The notes below the pieces were generated by a model. That model worked only from the letters and a program-made list of their open reading frames with translations. It was not told the DNA's origin and made no database searches. Positions 44,754 to 56,858 of a stretch of 64,000 nt of DNA are shown here, one piece after another (position 1 is the first letter of the stretch; the number at the start of each line of letters is the position of its first letter). The position numbers were made by a program, and so were the translations under genes. The stretch lies in the NCBI GenBank assembly GCA_963843145.1, contig CAWJJC010000021.1:32001-96000 (forward strand), given 5' to 3'. Origin of the DNA: an uncultured delta proteobacterium (GTDB taxonomy: Bacteria > Desulfobacterota > RBG-13-43-22).

Positions 44754-45980
44754 ATGATGGTTGAAGAACTTTCGGAAAAACAGGCCGGAGCGAACCGCCC
44801 CCGCGGGGGCTTACGCAGGCGTTGGTGGGCCGTCGTTTTGTTGTTAGCCCTGGTCGGGGCCGGGACGGTGGCCTATTTAGTGAAGGGAGGAAATACGCGA
44901 GCTCCGGGGGCCAAACCAGAGGCCGGCCCTCCCGTTCGCGCCGTATCGGTGGCGGCTGTGGCCGCCAAGCAAGGGGAAATGCCCATCTACCTTAATGGGC
45001 TGGGATCCGTGATTCCCCTGAATACGGTCACGGTTAAGAGCCGCGTCGACGGGCAGCTTATGGAGGTCCTTTTCCAGGAGGGGCAGACCGTGAGTAAGGG
45101 TCAACTCCTGGCCCGGATCGACCCTCGGCCTTTCGAGGTGCAGTTGACCCAGGCCGAAGGGCAGATGGCGAGGGACCAGGCGCTCCTGAAAAACGCCGTC
45201 CTCGACCTGGAGCGCTACCGAGGTCTCTGGCAGCAGGACTCCATCCCCAAACAGCAACTCGACACCCAGGAGGCCCTGGTGCGCCAGTACGAAGGAACGG
45301 TCAGGGCCGACCAGGGGCCGATCGATAACGCCAAGCTGCAATTGGTTTACTGCCGGATAACGGCTCCCCTCAGCGGCCGGGTCGGTTTACGTCTGGTGGA
45401 TCCGGGCAATATCATCCATGCCGCCGATCCCAACGGGCTGGTGGTTACCACCCAGCTTCAACCCATCTCGGTTATTTTTTCTCTGCCCGAGGACAACATT
45501 CCCCAGATACTCGCCCAGCTCAAGGCCGGCCGGCGTCCTCCAGTTCTGGCCCTCGACCGTGATCAGAGCAAAAAACTGGCCCTGGGACATCTGCTGACCA
45601 TCGACAATCAGATCGATGCCAACACCGGGACCGTGCGGCTGAAGGCCCTGTTTGAAAACAAGGACAACCAACTGTTTCCCAACCAATTCGTCAATGCCCG
45701 CTTGTTGGCGGAGGTCAGAAAAGATGTCATCCTCATCCCGGCGGCGGCCATCCAGCAAGGTCCCCGAGGGGCCTTCGTCTATTTGGTTAACGCGGACCGG
45801 ACCGTGTCCGTCCGCCCGGTCAGCGTCGGCGAGATACAGGGCGCCGAGGCCTCCCTCCAGTCCGGTCTGACCAGCGGGGATCGGGTGGTCGTGGACGGCG
45901 CCGAACGGCTGCGGGAAGGGGCCAGAGTGGAATTGCGGGAAAAGGGCAACGGGAACGGAAACGGCCGGCGGAGCCGCTGA
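44754..45980 (+). CDS. mdtA: MdtA/MuxA-family RND periplasmic adaptor
   Basis: [41 protein letters not shown]. Confidence 0.88.
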   Translation: MMVEELSEKQAGANRPRGGLRRRWWAVVLLLALVGAGTVAYLVKGGNTRAPGAKPEAGPPVRAVSVAAVAAKQGEMPIYLNGLGSVIPLNTVTVKSRVDGQLMEVLFQEGQTVSKGQLLARIDPRPFEVQLTQAEGQMARDQALLKNAVLDLERYRGLWQQDSIPKQQLDTQEALVRQYEGTVRADQGPIDNAKLQLVYCRITAPLSGRVGLRLVDPGNIIHAADPNGLVVTTQLQPISVIFSLPEDNIPQILAQLKAGRRPPVLALDRDQSKKLALGHLLTIDNQIDANTGTVRLKALFENKDNQLFPNQFVNARLLAEVRKDVILIPAAAIQQGPRGAFVYLVNADRTVSVRPVSVGEIQGAEASLQSGLTSGDRVVVDGAERLREGARVELREKGNGNGNGRRSR

Positions 45981-48900
45981 TGAACCTTTCCCGCCCTTTC
46001 ATCCTGCGACCGGTGGCCACCACCTTGCTGATGGTGGCCCTCCTGCTGGCCGGCGCCGTGGCCTACCGTGAGCTGGCTGTCTCGGCCCTGCCCCAGGTGG
46101 ATTACCCCACCATTCAAGTTCGGACCTTTTATCCCGGCGCCAGTCCCGAGGTCATGGCCTCGTCGGTGACCGCCCCTCTGGAACGTCAATTCGGGCAAAT
46201 GCCCGGTCTGACCCAGATGACCTCCACCAGCTCGAGCGGCAGTTCGATCATCACCCTGCAGTTTACCCTGGACTTGAGTCTGGACGTGGCCGAGCAGCAG
46301 GTCCAGGCCTCGATCAACGCCTCCTTTACCTTTCTTCCTCGAGACCTGCCGTCTCCGCCGGTCTATAGTAAGGTCAATCCGGCCGACGCCCCGATCCTGA
46401 CCCTGGCCCTGACCTCCAAGACCTTGCCCCTGCCCACCGTGGAGGATCTGGCCGATACCCGGTTTGCCCAAAAGATCTCTCAATTACCCGGTGTGGGTCT
46501 GGTGAGCATCAGCGGCGGGCAGCGGCCGGCGGTGCGGATTTTGGCCAATCCTACGGCCCTGGCCGCCTATGGACTGTCTTTGGAAGACCTGCGGACGGCC
46601 ATTACCAACGCCAATGTCAATCTGGCCAAGGGCAGCTTCGACGGCCCACGCCAGGCCTATAGCATTGAGGCCAACGATCAGCTTTTTACCAGCAGTCAAT
46701 ACCGCCCTCTGATCATCGCCTATAAAAACGGGGCGCCCATAAAATTGTCCGCTGTGGCCGAAACCGTGGACGATGCCGAAAATATCCAGCAGGCGGCCTG
46801 GACCAACACGGTTCCGGCCGTGATCTTAAATATCCAAAGGCAGCCGGGGGCCAATGTCATCGAAGTGGTCGACCGGATCAAGAAATTGATGCCCAAATTG
46901 CAAGGTTCCCTGCCGGCGGCCGTCCAGGTCTCGGTTCTGACCGACCGGACTACGACCATTCGCGCCTCGGTCCGGGATGTGGAGTTCGAGCTAATGCTGG
47001 CCGTGGCCCTGGTGATCCTGGTCATCTTTATCTTCCTGCGCAACCTTTCGGCCACGACGATTCCCAGCGTGGCTGTCCCCCTTTCTCTGGTGGGTACTTT
47101 TGGGGTCATGTATCTTTTGGGATATAGTCTGAACAACCTCACCTTGATGGCCCTGACCATTTCCACCGGATTCGTCGTCGATGACGCCATTGTCATGATC
47201 GAAAATATCGCCCGGTTTATCGAGGAAGGAGATACTCCCCTCGAGGCCGCCCTCAAAGGCTCCAAACAGATCGGCTTTACCATCTTGTCTCTGACCGTTT
47301 CCCTGATCGCCGTGCTTATTCCCCTTTTGTTCATGGGCGACGTGGTGGGTCGGTTGTTCAGGGAATTTGCCGTCACCCTGGGGGTGACCATCATCATTTC
47401 CGCCGCCGTCTCCTTGACCCTGACGCCGATGATGTGCGCCCGTCTCCTCAAACACACCCCCCTGGAGCGTCAGGGCCGGTTTTACCGGGTCTCCGGGCAG
47501 ATGTTCGATCGCATTATCGCCGCCTACGGTCGGAGCTTGCGCTGGGTGCTCAGGCATCAGCCGGCGACTTTAATCGTGGCCGTCGGCACCCTGATCCTGA
47601 CCGTGGTCTTGTTTTTCATCGTTCCGAAAGGGTTTTTCCCGGTCCAGGACACGGGGCTCCTCCTCGGCATATCGGACGCCCCCCAAACGATCTCCTTTCC
47701 CGCCATGGCCGGGAGACAACAGGACCTGGCCAAAGTGATCCTCAAGGACCCGGCGGTCATGAGCCTGTCCTCTTTTATCGGGATCGACGGGACCAACGCC
47801 ACCCTCAACAGCGGACGGATCCTGATCAACCTCAAGCCCCTGGAAGAGCGGGGGATCAGCGCCACCCAGGTGATCAACCGACTCCAGCCGGAGCTGGCCC
47901 GGGTCGAAGGGGTCCGGCTCTTTCTTCAGCCGGTGCAGGACCTGACGGTCGACGCCCGGGTGAGCCGTACCCAATTTCAGTATACCATGGAAGACCCCGA
48001 CGCCAAGGAATTGTATGTCTGGGCCCCCAGGCTGGTCAAGGCCTTAAGCCAGCGGCCCGAGCTTCAGGAGGTCAGCAGCGATCAGCAGGACCAGGGACTG
48101 CGGCTGGCCGTGGACCTCGACCGCAACACGGCTTCCCGCTTCGGCATCCAGCCGCAACTCATCGACGATACCCTCTACGATGGCTATGGACAGCGAATCA
48201 TCTCGACCATCTTTACCCAATTGAATCAGTACCGGGTCATTCTGGGCCTCAAGCCGGAGTTTCAGCAAGATCCGAGTAAAATAAGAAACCTCTACCTCCC
48301 GGGGAAGACCGGCGATCAAGTACCGCTCAGTGCCTTCACCCGGACCTCGGAGACGACCGGACCGCTGCTCATCAGCCGCCAAGGACAATTCCCCTCGGTG
48401 ACCATCTCCTTCGACTTAAAAAAAGGGGCCTCCTTGGGAACGGCCGTTCAAGCCGTGGAGGAAACGGCCCGGCAGTTAGGCCTGCCCTCCAGCATCCGGG
48501 GGAGTTTTCAAGGAACGGCCCAGGCCTTCAAGGCTTCCCTGGCCAGCGAGCCCCTGCTGATCCTGGCGGCCCTGATAACGGTTTACATCGTCCTGGGCAT
48601 CCTTTACGAGAGCTACATTCACCCCATCACCATTCTTTCCACCCTGCCCTCAGCCGGGGTGGGAGCCTTCCTGGCCCTGTTGCTATTCCGATCCGAATTC
48701 AGTGTTATTGCCCTGATCGGCATCATCCTGCTCATCGGCATCGTCAAAAAGAACGGGATTATGATGGTCGATTTCGCCCTCGAGGCCGAGCGTAAGGAGG
48801 GAAAGACACCGGAGGAGGCCATCTACCAGGCCTCTTTGTTGCGTTTCCGGCCAATCATGATGACCACCCTGGCCGCCCTGCTCGGGGCCCTCCCTCTGGC

Positions 48901-49096
48901 TATGGGCGGCGGAGTAGGGTCGGAGCTGCGACATCCCCTGGGGATATCCATCGTCGGCGGCCTGATCATCAGCCAGATCCTGACCTTCTACACTACGCCG
49001 GTCATCTATCTGGCGTTCGACCGGTTGGCCCAAAGGATCAAAAACCGTCGAACCCATCATTCAGACGATGAACCTTTCAGCCCACTTCATCAATAG
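45980..49096 (+). CDS. mdtB: MdtB/MuxB-family RND permease
   Basis: [42 protein letters not shown]. Confidence 0.9.
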   Translation: MNLSRPFILRPVATTLLMVALLLAGAVAYRELAVSALPQVDYPTIQVRTFYPGASPEVMASSVTAPLERQFGQMPGLTQMTSTSSSGSSIITLQFTLDLSLDVAEQQVQASINASFTFLPRDLPSPPVYSKVNPADAPILTLALTSKTLPLPTVEDLADTRFAQKISQLPGVGLVSISGGQRPAVRILANPTALAAYGLSLEDLRTAITNANVNLAKGSFDGPRQAYSIEANDQLFTSSQYRPLIIAYKNGAPIKLSAVAETVDDAENIQQAAWTNTVPAVILNIQRQPGANVIEVVDRIKKLMPKLQGSLPAAVQVSVLTDRTTTIRASVRDVEFELMLAVALVILVIFIFLRNLSATTIPSVAVPLSLVGTFGVMYLLGYSLNNLTLMALTISTGFVVDDAIVMIENIARFIEEGDTPLEAALKGSKQIGFTILSLTVSLIAVLIPLLFMGDVVGRLFREFAVTLGVTIIISAAVSLTLTPMMCARLLKHTPLERQGRFYRVSGQMFDRIIAAYGRSLRWVLRHQPATLIVAVGTLILTVVLFFIVPKGFFPVQDTGLLLGISDAPQTISFPAMAGRQQDLAKVILKDPAVMSLSSFIGIDGTNATLNSGRILINLKPLEERGISATQVINRLQPELARVEGVRLFLQPVQDLTVDARVSRTQFQYTMEDPDAKELYVWAPRLVKALSQRPELQEVSSDQQDQGLRLAVDLDRNTASRFGIQPQLIDDTLYDGYGQRIISTIFTQLNQYRVILGLKPEFQQDPSKIRNLYLPGKTGDQVPLSAFTRTSETTGPLLISRQGQFPSVTISFDLKKGASLGTAVQAVEETARQLGLPSSIRGSFQGTAQAFKASLASEPLLILAALITVYIVLGILYESYIHPITILSTLPSAGVGAFLALLLFRSEFSVIALIGIILLIGIVKKNGIMMVDFALEAERKEGKTPEEAIYQASLLRFRPIMMTTLAALLGALPLAMGGGVGSELRHPLGISIVGGLIISQILTFYTTPVIYLAFDRLAQRIKNRRTHHSDDEPFSPLHQ

Positions 49097-52000
49097 ACCG
49101 GTAGCCACCACCCTGCTCACTCTGGGACTGGCCCTGGCCGGGATAATCGCCTTTCGGCTGCTGCCCGTATCGCCGCTGCCCCAGGTGGATTTCCCCACCA
49201 TCCAGGTATCGGCCTCCTTGCCCGGGGCGGATCCCGAGACCATGGCCACCTCGGTGGCCGCCCCCTTGGAGCGCCAGTTCGGACGCATCGCCGGAGTCAC
49301 CGAAATGACCTCCACCAGCTACCGGGGCTCTACGGGCATTGTCTTGCAGTTTGACCTGGACCGCAATATCAACGGAGCGGCCAGGGACGTCCAAGCGGCC
49401 ATCAATGCCGCCCGGGGTTTTATGCCGGCCAATCTTCCCCGCAACCCTACCTATCGCAAGGTTAACCCGGCCGATGCCCCCGTGCTGATTGTCGCCCTGA
49501 CCTCGGAAACGATCACTACGGCCAAGCTTTATGACGCGGCCTCGAGCATCATGCAGCAGAAACTTTCCCAGGTGGATGGCGTGGGCCAGGTATTTATCGG
49601 CGGCAGTTCCCTGCCGGCCGTACGAGTGGAGTTGAACCCGACGGCCTTAAATAAATACGGGATCAGTCTGGAAGACGTCCGGGGCGTCTTGAGCCGGACC
49701 ACGGTAAACCGGCCTAAAGGCCAGTTGTTTAACCAGGAAAAGACCTGGGAGATCCAGACCAACGACCAGCTCCGTACCGCGGACCAGTATCTGCCCTTGG
49801 TCATCAGTTACCGGGCCGGCGCCGCCCTCCGACTAACCGATGTGGGCCGGGTGACCGACTCGGTGGAAGACCTGCGCACTGCCGGGATGGTCAACGGAAA
49901 ACCCGCGGTGATGGCGGTCATTTTTCGACAGCCCGGGGCCAACATCATCGAAACGGTCGATCGGGTCAAGGCCCTGCTGCCCCAACTTAAAGCCGCCCTG
50001 CCCGGGGAAGTGGAATTTTCCGTCGTTTCCGACCGAACCCCCCCCATCCGGGGTTCCTTGAGAGACGTGGAACGGGCTTTGCTGATCTCCTTCCTGCTGG
50101 TCATCCTGGTGGTTTTCGGCTTCTTAAGGAGCTTCCGTTCCACCATCATTCCGGGCGTGGCCGTGGCCGTCTCGCTGATCGGCACCTTTGGGGTGATGTA
50201 CTTGTTCGGCTACAACTTGGACAACCTTTCCCTCATGGCCCTGACCGTGGCCACGGGATTTGTGGTGGATGACGCCATCGTGGTCCTGGAAAACATCACC
50301 CGCCATATCGAAGCAGGCGTCCCCCCACGGGAGGCTGCCTTCCAGGGGGCGCGGGAAATCGGCTTTACTGTTTTGTCCATGAGCACCTCCCTGGTGGCCG
50401 TCTTCATTCCCATCCTGCTGATGGGCGGCATGGTGGGCCGCTTGTTCCGTGAGTTTGCCGTCACCCTCTCGGCGGCCATCCTGGTCTCTTTGGTGGTTTC
50501 GCTCACCACCACGCCCATGATGTGCGCCGCCTTCCTAAAGTCCGGGAAAAACGGGGACCATGGCACCTGGTATAAATTCAGTGAGGGCGTTTTCAATTGG
50601 ATGCACCGGCGCTATGAAACCACCTTGGGCTGGTCCCTGCGCCACTCCCGGTTCATGCTGCTCTTGATGTTCATTACGGTGGGTACCAGCGGCGTCCTCT
50701 TTGTCGTCGTTCCCAAGGGTTTTTTCCCGGAGCAGGATACCGGACGGATTGCCGGGTCCATTCAGGCCGAACAGGATATATCCTTTCAGGCCATGCGGGC
50801 CAAGCTGGCTCAAATTTTGGCCATCATCAAATCGGACCCGGAAGTGGTTTATTCCGCGGGTTTTACCGGGGGCGGGGGCGGCGGCGGGACGGCGGCCAAT
50901 ACCGGCCGGATGTTCATTACCCTGAAGCCCTTCGAGGAGCGAACCTCCCAGATCGGGCAAGCGATTGCCCGGCTGCGTAAAAAGCTGGCCCAGGTGCCCG
51001 GCGCCCCGAGCTATCTTCAGCCGGTCCAGGACCTGCGCGTCGGAGGGCGGGCCAGTAATGCCCTGTATCAGTATACCCTCCAGAGCGATATCTTAGCCGA
51101 CCTGACCACCTGGGCCCCGCGCGTCCTGCAGCGGTTGCGCAGCCTGCCGGCGCTGGTGGATGTGAGCAGCGACCAGCAAAACAAGGGGCGGGAGGCCCGG
51201 CTGGAAATCGACCGGGATACGGCCTCGCGGCTGGGGATTACTTCCCAAATGATCGACAACATCCTCTATGATGCCTTTGGACAGGCGCAGGTGGCCATCA
51301 ATTATACGCTGTTAAACCAATACCACCTGATCATGGAGGTGGCCCCGGAATATTGGCAGCAACCGGAAACGCTTAAAGATATTTTTGTCCGCGGCGCCCA
51401 GGGGGTCATGGTGCCTTTGGGGGCCTTCAGCCGGTTTGATCGCAAGGCCACTTCCCTGGCCGTCAACCACCAAGGTCAGTTCCCTTCGGTGACCATCTCT
51501 TTTAATTTGCAGCCGGGCAAATCGCTCGGAGAGGCCGTCAAAGCCGTAGAAACCGCCACCCGACAAATGGGAATGCCGGCCTCCATCCGGGGCAGCTTTT
51601 CAGGCACGGCCCAGGCTTTTCAAGCCTCTTTGGCTAACCAGCCCCTGCTCATCCTGGCGGCCCTGGTGACGGTCTATATTGTGCTCGGTATCCTTTATGA
51701 GAGCTATATCCATCCCATCACCATCCTCTCCACCTTGCCCTCGGCCGGGGTGGGCGCCTTACTGGCCCTGCTGATCTTTCGCACCGATTTGAGCGTCATC
51801 TCCTTTATCGGGATTATCCTGCTGATCGGCATCGTCAAAAAGAACGGCATCATGATGGTGGACTTCGCCGTCGAGTCCGAGCGTCAGGAGGGGAAAAGAC
51901 CGGAGGAAGCCATCTATCAGGCCTGTTTGTTGCGGTTCCGCCCGATCATGATGACCACCATGGCGGCCCTCTTCGGCGCTCTGCCCCTGGCCTTGGGCCG

Positions 52001-52190
52001 GGGCGTAGGCTCGGAGCTTCGCCGTCCCCTCGGTATCGCCATCGTCGGCGGACTGGTTATCAGTCAGATGCTCACCCTGTATACGACACCCGTCATGTAT
52101 CTCTATCTTGATCGGTTCAGGCTTCGCCTGAAAGGGTTGAGGCAAAAACGCCCTCGGGAAGCCATAGGAAATAGTCCGGAAATTGTGTGA
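49068..52190 (+). CDS. mdtC: MdtC/MuxC-family RND permease
   Basis: [28 protein letters not shown], paired with mdtB. Confidence 0.9.
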   Translation: MNLSAHFINRPVATTLLTLGLALAGIIAFRLLPVSPLPQVDFPTIQVSASLPGADPETMATSVAAPLERQFGRIAGVTEMTSTSYRGSTGIVLQFDLDRNINGAARDVQAAINAARGFMPANLPRNPTYRKVNPADAPVLIVALTSETITTAKLYDAASSIMQQKLSQVDGVGQVFIGGSSLPAVRVELNPTALNKYGISLEDVRGVLSRTTVNRPKGQLFNQEKTWEIQTNDQLRTADQYLPLVISYRAGAALRLTDVGRVTDSVEDLRTAGMVNGKPAVMAVIFRQPGANIIETVDRVKALLPQLKAALPGEVEFSVVSDRTPPIRGSLRDVERALLISFLLVILVVFGFLRSFRSTIIPGVAVAVSLIGTFGVMYLFGYNLDNLSLMALTVATGFVVDDAIVVLENITRHIEAGVPPREAAFQGAREIGFTVLSMSTSLVAVFIPILLMGGMVGRLFREFAVTLSAAILVSLVVSLTTTPMMCAAFLKSGKNGDHGTWYKFSEGVFNWMHRRYETTLGWSLRHSRFMLLLMFITVGTSGVLFVVVPKGFFPEQDTGRIAGSIQAEQDISFQAMRAKLAQILAIIKSDPEVVYSAGFTGGGGGGGTAANTGRMFITLKPFEERTSQIGQAIARLRKKLAQVPGAPSYLQPVQDLRVGGRASNALYQYTLQSDILADLTTWAPRVLQRLRSLPALVDVSSDQQNKGREARLEIDRDTASRLGITSQMIDNILYDAFGQAQVAINYTLLNQYHLIMEVAPEYWQQPETLKDIFVRGAQGVMVPLGAFSRFDRKATSLAVNHQGQFPSVTISFNLQPGKSLGEAVKAVETATRQMGMPASIRGSFSGTAQAFQASLANQPLLILAALVTVYIVLGILYESYIHPITILSTLPSAGVGALLALLIFRTDLSVISFIGIILLIGIVKKNGIMMVDFAVESERQEGKRPEEAIYQACLLRFRPIMMTTMAALFGALPLALGRGVGSELRRPLGIAIVGGLVISQMLTLYTTPVMYLYLDRFRLRLKGLRQKRPREAIGNSPEIV

Positions 52191-52199
52191 GGTGAAGAC

Positions 52200-53639
52200 G
52201 TGAAGATCATTACCCGGAGAATAAAGTTGATGGGGACAGCGGCGCTGTTTCTCTTGTTCACCGCCTGCGTGGTGGGGCCCGACTATCGAAGACCCGACGC
52301 CCCCGTGCCGGAAGCCTACAAAGAAAGCGCAGCTTGGAAAGCGGCTCAGCCGGCCGATGCCGTCACCCGGGGGGCCTGGTGGGAAGTCTTCGCCGATCCG
52401 CAGTTGAACGGCCTGGAAGAGCAAATAAACCTCTCGAATCAGACCGTCAAAGCGGCCGAAGCCCAGGTCCGTCAGGCCCTGGCGCTGGTTCAGATGGCCA
52501 GGGCCAGTTATTTTCCCTTTGTCACCGGCGGCGTCTCCTTTACACGGTCGGAGAGCTCCGCCACCCTCACCAAGAGCCAGGCGGTTGGGGGCACTCCCAC
52601 CTCGGATTATCTTTTACCCGTCAACCTGTCCTGGGAGGCGGATGTCTGGGGACGAATCCGCCGCACGGTCGAGGCCAGCCGGGACAGCGCCGAGGCGAGC
52701 GCCGCCGATCTCGAATCCGCCCGTCTGAGCGCGCAGAGCGCGCTGGCCCAAGCCTATTTTCAATTGCGAACGGTGGACACCCAGAGGCAGCTTTTCCAGG
52801 CGACGGTCACGGCCTACCAAAAGGCGCTGCAGTTGACCCAGAACCGTTATGGCGGCGGTGTGGCGGGGAAGGCCGATGTACTCCAGGCGCAGACTCTTCT
52901 GGAGTCCACCCAGGCCCAGCTTATCGACCTGGGCGTGCAGCGCGCGCAGTTGGAGCACGCCCTGGCGCTCCTCATCGGGAAGCCGGCGTCGGCCTTCTCA
53001 CTGGCGGAGACTCCGTTTAACCTGGTCCCGCCCGCCGTACCCGTCGGCCTGCCGTCGGAGCTTCTCGAACGAAGGCCCGACATCGCGGCCGCGGAGCGGC
53101 GGGTGGCCGCGGCCAACGCGCAGATCGGCGTGGCCACCGCCGCCTTTTTTCCGAGATTTACCCTGAGCTTATTGGGCGGGTATGAAAGCGGCGTCGCTGC
53201 CAACTGGCTTACCTGGCCGAGTCACTTCTGGTCGCTGGGGCCGGCCCTGGCGCAGACGCTCTTTGCCGGCGGCTCGCTTCGAGCTCTGACCGACCAGGCG
53301 CGGGCGGCCTACGACGGCGCGGCGGCGTCTTACCGTCAGACCGTGCTGACGGGATTTCAGGAGGTCGAGGACAACCTGGCGGCGCTGCGTATCCTGGAAG
53401 GGGAAGCGCAGGTGCAGGAGGCGGCGGTGAAGGCGGCCCAGCAATTGCTCACGGTGACCATGAACCAGTACCGGGCGGGGATAGTGAGCTATCTCAATGT
53501 GATCACCGCGCAGACGACGGCTTTGACGAATGAACGGGCGGCAGTAAACATTGCCGGGCGGAGGATGGCGGCTACGGTACTGCTCATCAAGGCCCTGGGC
53601 GGGGGGTGGAAATCGGCCGCCTCCGCACCAGGAATCTAG
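52200..53639 (+). CDS. RND outer membrane lipoprotein (NodT/OpmB-like)
   Basis: Lipobox FTAC-VVGPDY, WEADVWG, RRPDI, LIKALGGGW. Confidence 0.92.
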   Translation: MKIITRRIKLMGTAALFLLFTACVVGPDYRRPDAPVPEAYKESAAWKAAQPADAVTRGAWWEVFADPQLNGLEEQINLSNQTVKAAEAQVRQALALVQMARASYFPFVTGGVSFTRSESSATLTKSQAVGGTPTSDYLLPVNLSWEADVWGRIRRTVEASRDSAEASAADLESARLSAQSALAQAYFQLRTVDTQRQLFQATVTAYQKALQLTQNRYGGGVAGKADVLQAQTLLESTQAQLIDLGVQRAQLEHALALLIGKPASAFSLAETPFNLVPPAVPVGLPSELLERRPDIAAAERRVAAANAQIGVATAAFFPRFTLSLLGGYESGVAANWLTWPSHFWSLGPALAQTLFAGGSLRALTDQARAAYDGAAASYRQTVLTGFQEVEDNLAALRILEGEAQVQEAAVKAAQQLLTVTMNQYRAGIVSYLNVITAQTTALTNERAAVNIAGRRMAATVLLIKALGGGWKSAASAPGI

Positions 53640-53707
53640 CCCGGCTGTAGATAGCCTGAGGGCCGACGGTTCCGGTTAGGTTCATGTTCAACGAGGGATT
53701 AGGCCGT

Positions 53708-54274
53708 TCATCCTTTGATGCGCGGGTGGTTTTTTTCGACCCCGCCCTCCGCATCATCGCCGGAGGAGTGCTGGGCGCCGAGAAACCAAAATAAAAAGGC
53801 CAAAATCACGGTCAGGAAGAAGAGCGTGAAGGCCAGCGGTTGGCCGTGCCACAACCCGCCAAACCATTCCCGAAACTCCGTAGCCAGAATATTGACTTTA
53901 CCGCCATAGAGCTCTAAATCACGTAAGTATTTTTTTGTCTCCAGAGGATTGTAGCCCAGCGGGTTGGGAACGGCAGGCCCGGCGGTTAAATAAACAAGGA
54001 GGGAACTGCTCAAACCAACAGCTAAGAGGATAACGGCAATCGATTTGGCGTGGGTTGCCAAGCGCTTGAGGGTATTTGGCCTGTGGTCATTTTGGGTAAG
54101 AATATTTTCTCGTATAGTGTTTAATTCATCTATGGATATAGGGTGGCCGCGCCTTCTAAGCTCATTGGCGGCTGCCTCAACGGCTTCCAATCGATACTTT
54201 GAATAATTGGCTATATATTCCTTAAGTTCTGCATCTGAAAGAGTGGGGATCCTGGTATGAAATGGTTCTGCCAT
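53708..54274 (-). CDS. Hypothetical membrane protein (2 TM)
   Basis: Soluble helical N-terminus, two hydrophobic segments flanking KKYLRDLELYGGK...GLWHG. Confidence 0.65.
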   Translation of the reverse strand: MAEPFHTRIPTLSDAELKEYIANYSKYRLEAVEAAANELRRRGHPISIDELNTIRENILTQNDHRPNTLKRLATHAKSIAVILLAVGLSSSLLVYLTAGPAVPNPLGYNPLETKKYLRDLELYGGKVNILATEFREWFGGLWHGQPLAFTLFFLTVILAFLFWFLGAQHSSGDDAEGGVEKNHPRIKG

Positions 54275-54369
54275 GGGCTTCCTAATCAAGTGAGGCTTCG
54301 TCCTTTTGGGTGGGTAGCCCAAAAGATCTGGCGCGGCCGTCGGGTCTCGGCGAAAGCGTTTTCCCTCTC

Positions 54370-55887
54370 TCAATTTAACTGGAAAGTCACATAGGACAGG
54401 CCCGCCGCCCGTTCTACTTGGAGAACCACGTAGCTGCCGGGTTTCAGGTGATGCAAGGCCGAATAAAGCGACTCGAGGCTGTTGATGGCCGCTCCATTCA
54501 GGGCGTGAATGATGTCCCCGGTGGTCAGGGAGTTCTTGGTCAACCCGGATGTGGCCGTTTTGGCTACCACGACGACTCCGGAGCCCTGACGAATCCCCGG
54601 AAGGAGCGAAAGGACCTTTTCGTCGACGTTGAGGCCCACAATCCCCAATTTTCGCACCAGGTTCTTTTCAGGGTCCGCCAAATCAAACAGACGATCTACG
54701 TTTTCATGGTGCTCAATGACCTCCACGTCGAAGGACAACTTCTTCGTTCCGCGCAGGACCTCCATTTTGACGTTCTCCCCGGGGTTGACTAGAAAGAAGC
54801 TGATTCCCAAAAGGGGGAGATTGTCGACCGGTCTCCCCTTGACCGTCAGGATGATGTCCTGAATCTTGAGGCCCGCCTTATCGGCGGGAGATCCAGGGGC
54901 CACATCGCTGATAAGGACCCCCCAGTCTCTGGGAAGGCCCAGGCCGGCGGCCATCCCCGGCGAGATGGACTGAACGTGGATGCCGATTACTCCCCGGTGG
55001 AGGTGCCCATATTGACGGAGTTGGGGATAGGCGAAGCGGACGATGGCGCTGGGAATGGCGAATCCCAAGGCCTCATTTCCTCCGGACTGGGTAAGGATGA
55101 AAGTGTTGATCCCCACCAGTTCTCCCTGCACGTTTACCAGCGGACCGCCGCTATTGCCGGGATTGATGGCGGCGTCTGTCTGAATGAAAACCAGTGGACT
55201 ATCAGGTTCGAGCTGACGGGCGACCGCACTCACCACGCCCATGGAAACGGAATTCCGCAGTCCGCTGGGACTGCCGAAGGTGAAAACGATCTCTCCCTGC
55301 CGCAGTCCCTCGTACTTTCCAATGGGCAAGGCCGGCAGTCCCCGGGCCTCCACCTTCAGCAACGCCAGGTCCAATTCGTTTGAGACGCCCACCACGCGGG
55401 CCTCCAGGGTGCGACCTAGGGAGGTAGAACTTGAAAAGGCGGAAGCCCCCTCATCCCCTAAAGAGGACAAAACCACTTGGACCCGGCTCTCGCCGCTGAC
55501 GACATGCGCATTGGTGACGATAAAGCCATCGGGATCGATGATGGCTCCAGATCCAATGCCTCGTTGTTTTCCAAAGACCAAACTCCCTTCTCGATGACTT
55601 TCATCATCCAAAGGCTTGAATCCTGTGACCAGTACCTGCACCACACTCGGGGAAACCTTTCCTACCAGGTCTTCCACGGAAGCATTGAATTGAATAAGGG
55701 CTTCGGAAGCCTGGGCCTTCTGGGCCGAATGTGCCTGCAACTCTCCGGCCAGCAAGGCGTACCCGACGCTGACGATTACGAGTCCTAGTCGCATCCTGCT
55801 CAGTCGAAACAACCGTCCTTGAAATCGGATCCATCCGAAATTCCTCACGTTCAAGTCCGAATTCCCCACTTTATTCTCAGCGATCAT
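54370..55887 (-). CDS. DegP/HtrA family serine protease with two PDZ domains
   Basis: VTNAHVV, DLALLK, TDAAINPGNSGGPL. Confidence 0.93.
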   Translation of the reverse strand: MIAENKVGNSDLNVRNFGWIRFQGRLFRLSRMRLGLVIVSVGYALLAGELQAHSAQKAQASEALIQFNASVEDLVGKVSPSVVQVLVTGFKPLDDESHREGSLVFGKQRGIGSGAIIDPDGFIVTNAHVVSGESRVQVVLSSLGDEGASAFSSSTSLGRTLEARVVGVSNELDLALLKVEARGLPALPIGKYEGLRQGEIVFTFGSPSGLRNSVSMGVVSAVARQLEPDSPLVFIQTDAAINPGNSGGPLVNVQGELVGINTFILTQSGGNEALGFAIPSAIVRFAYPQLRQYGHLHRGVIGIHVQSISPGMAAGLGLPRDWGVLISDVAPGSPADKAGLKIQDIILTVKGRPVDNLPLLGISFFLVNPGENVKMEVLRGTKKLSFDVEVIEHHENVDRLFDLADPEKNLVRKLGIVGLNVDEKVLSLLPGIRQGSGVVVVAKTATSGLTKNSLTTGDIIHALNGAAINSLESLYSALHHLKPGSYVVLQVERAAGLSYVTFQLN

Positions 55888-55967
55888 CGTCCGCCTCTCT
55901 GGTCTGCGCTTGGTTCCTTGGTTCTATCTGGAAAAAGTATAGGGTAAGAAAAAAGACCGGTCAACTC

Positions 55968-56297
55968 CTAAAAGATGGAATAGGTAATGATGCCGCAGAC
56001 CGCCACCATCAAAATCAAACCCAGGATGAAGGCCCCATCGGCAATTTGTTCCAGGCGAGGCATTCGATGAAGACTGCGCATTCGCAAGGCCCAATAAGCA
56101 CAAAGACAGGAGCAGAGAAAGAAAAGGGCGTCGAGAGAAAGAAGGTCGTCGGCCAAGGTATCGATCTTTAGGGTGGAAATAACCACGCGAATAAGTCCGA
56201 TGACCGTTAGACAGACGCCGACCATGGCGGCGGATACCGAAAAAAGGTGGATGGAAATGTCCTCTTCGAGAGGTTTAGGCATTCTTAGCTGAGGCAT
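55968..56297 (-). CDS. Small 3-TM membrane protein
   Basis: SAAMVGVCLTVIG, ADDLL; three hydrophobic segments. Confidence 0.7.
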   Translation of the reverse strand: MPQLRMPKPLEEDISIHLFSVSAAMVGVCLTVIGLIRVVISTLKIDTLADDLLSLDALFFLCSCLCAYWALRMRSLHRMPRLEQIADGAFILGLILMVAVCGIITYSIF

Positions 56298-56387
56298 AGG
56301 TTCGGTCTCCAGGCTTGCTCTGCAAAAAAAGGTGGTCTAGTTGGGTTTGATGTGTATTTTCAAATAGCGATCAAGGACGCTTAGGCG

Positions 56388-56837
56388 TTAGGGATGATCT
56401 TCTCTCTTCTTGAACGATTTTCCATCAAATTCCGGATAGAGTATCTTTAGGCAGTCAGGGCAGATCGAATGGCTAAACTTCGCCAGAGAATTTGCACTGA
56501 TATAGTCTTCCAATGTTTTCCAATCAATGTCTTGTCTAATCTTTTTGCAATTGGCGCAGATGGGGATAAACCCTTCAAGAATTCTAATTTCCTTCTCTAA
56601 TCTCTTTCGAAAGTAACAGAACGATGAGAAGATGACCAAGAAATATATTACTAGTTCAAAGATCACCTCCCCTTTTCGCTGAGAGAATTTGGTGGGTTCG
56701 TCGCCGAACAGGTAATGAGGTAAGTCCAGAAGCTCATTGGCTATGGTCAAAAAAACAAATATGGTCAGCATAACTAGAAAAACAACCCAGATTTTCTTGT
56801 GAGCCCGTAAAGGCAATGGATTATGACTTTTTGACAT
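56388..56837 (-). CDS. 2-TM protein with C-terminal Cys/His zinc-binding motif
   Basis: IPICANCKKIR...FSHSICPDC. Confidence 0.8.
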   Translation of the reverse strand: MSKSHNPLPLRAHKKIWVVFLVMLTIFVFLTIANELLDLPHYLFGDEPTKFSQRKGEVIFELVIYFLVIFSSFCYFRKRLEKEIRILEGFIPICANCKKIRQDIDWKTLEDYISANSLAKFSHSICPDCLKILYPEFDGKSFKKREDHP

Positions 56838-56858
56838 GGATCTGCCCTCCCTCTGGGT

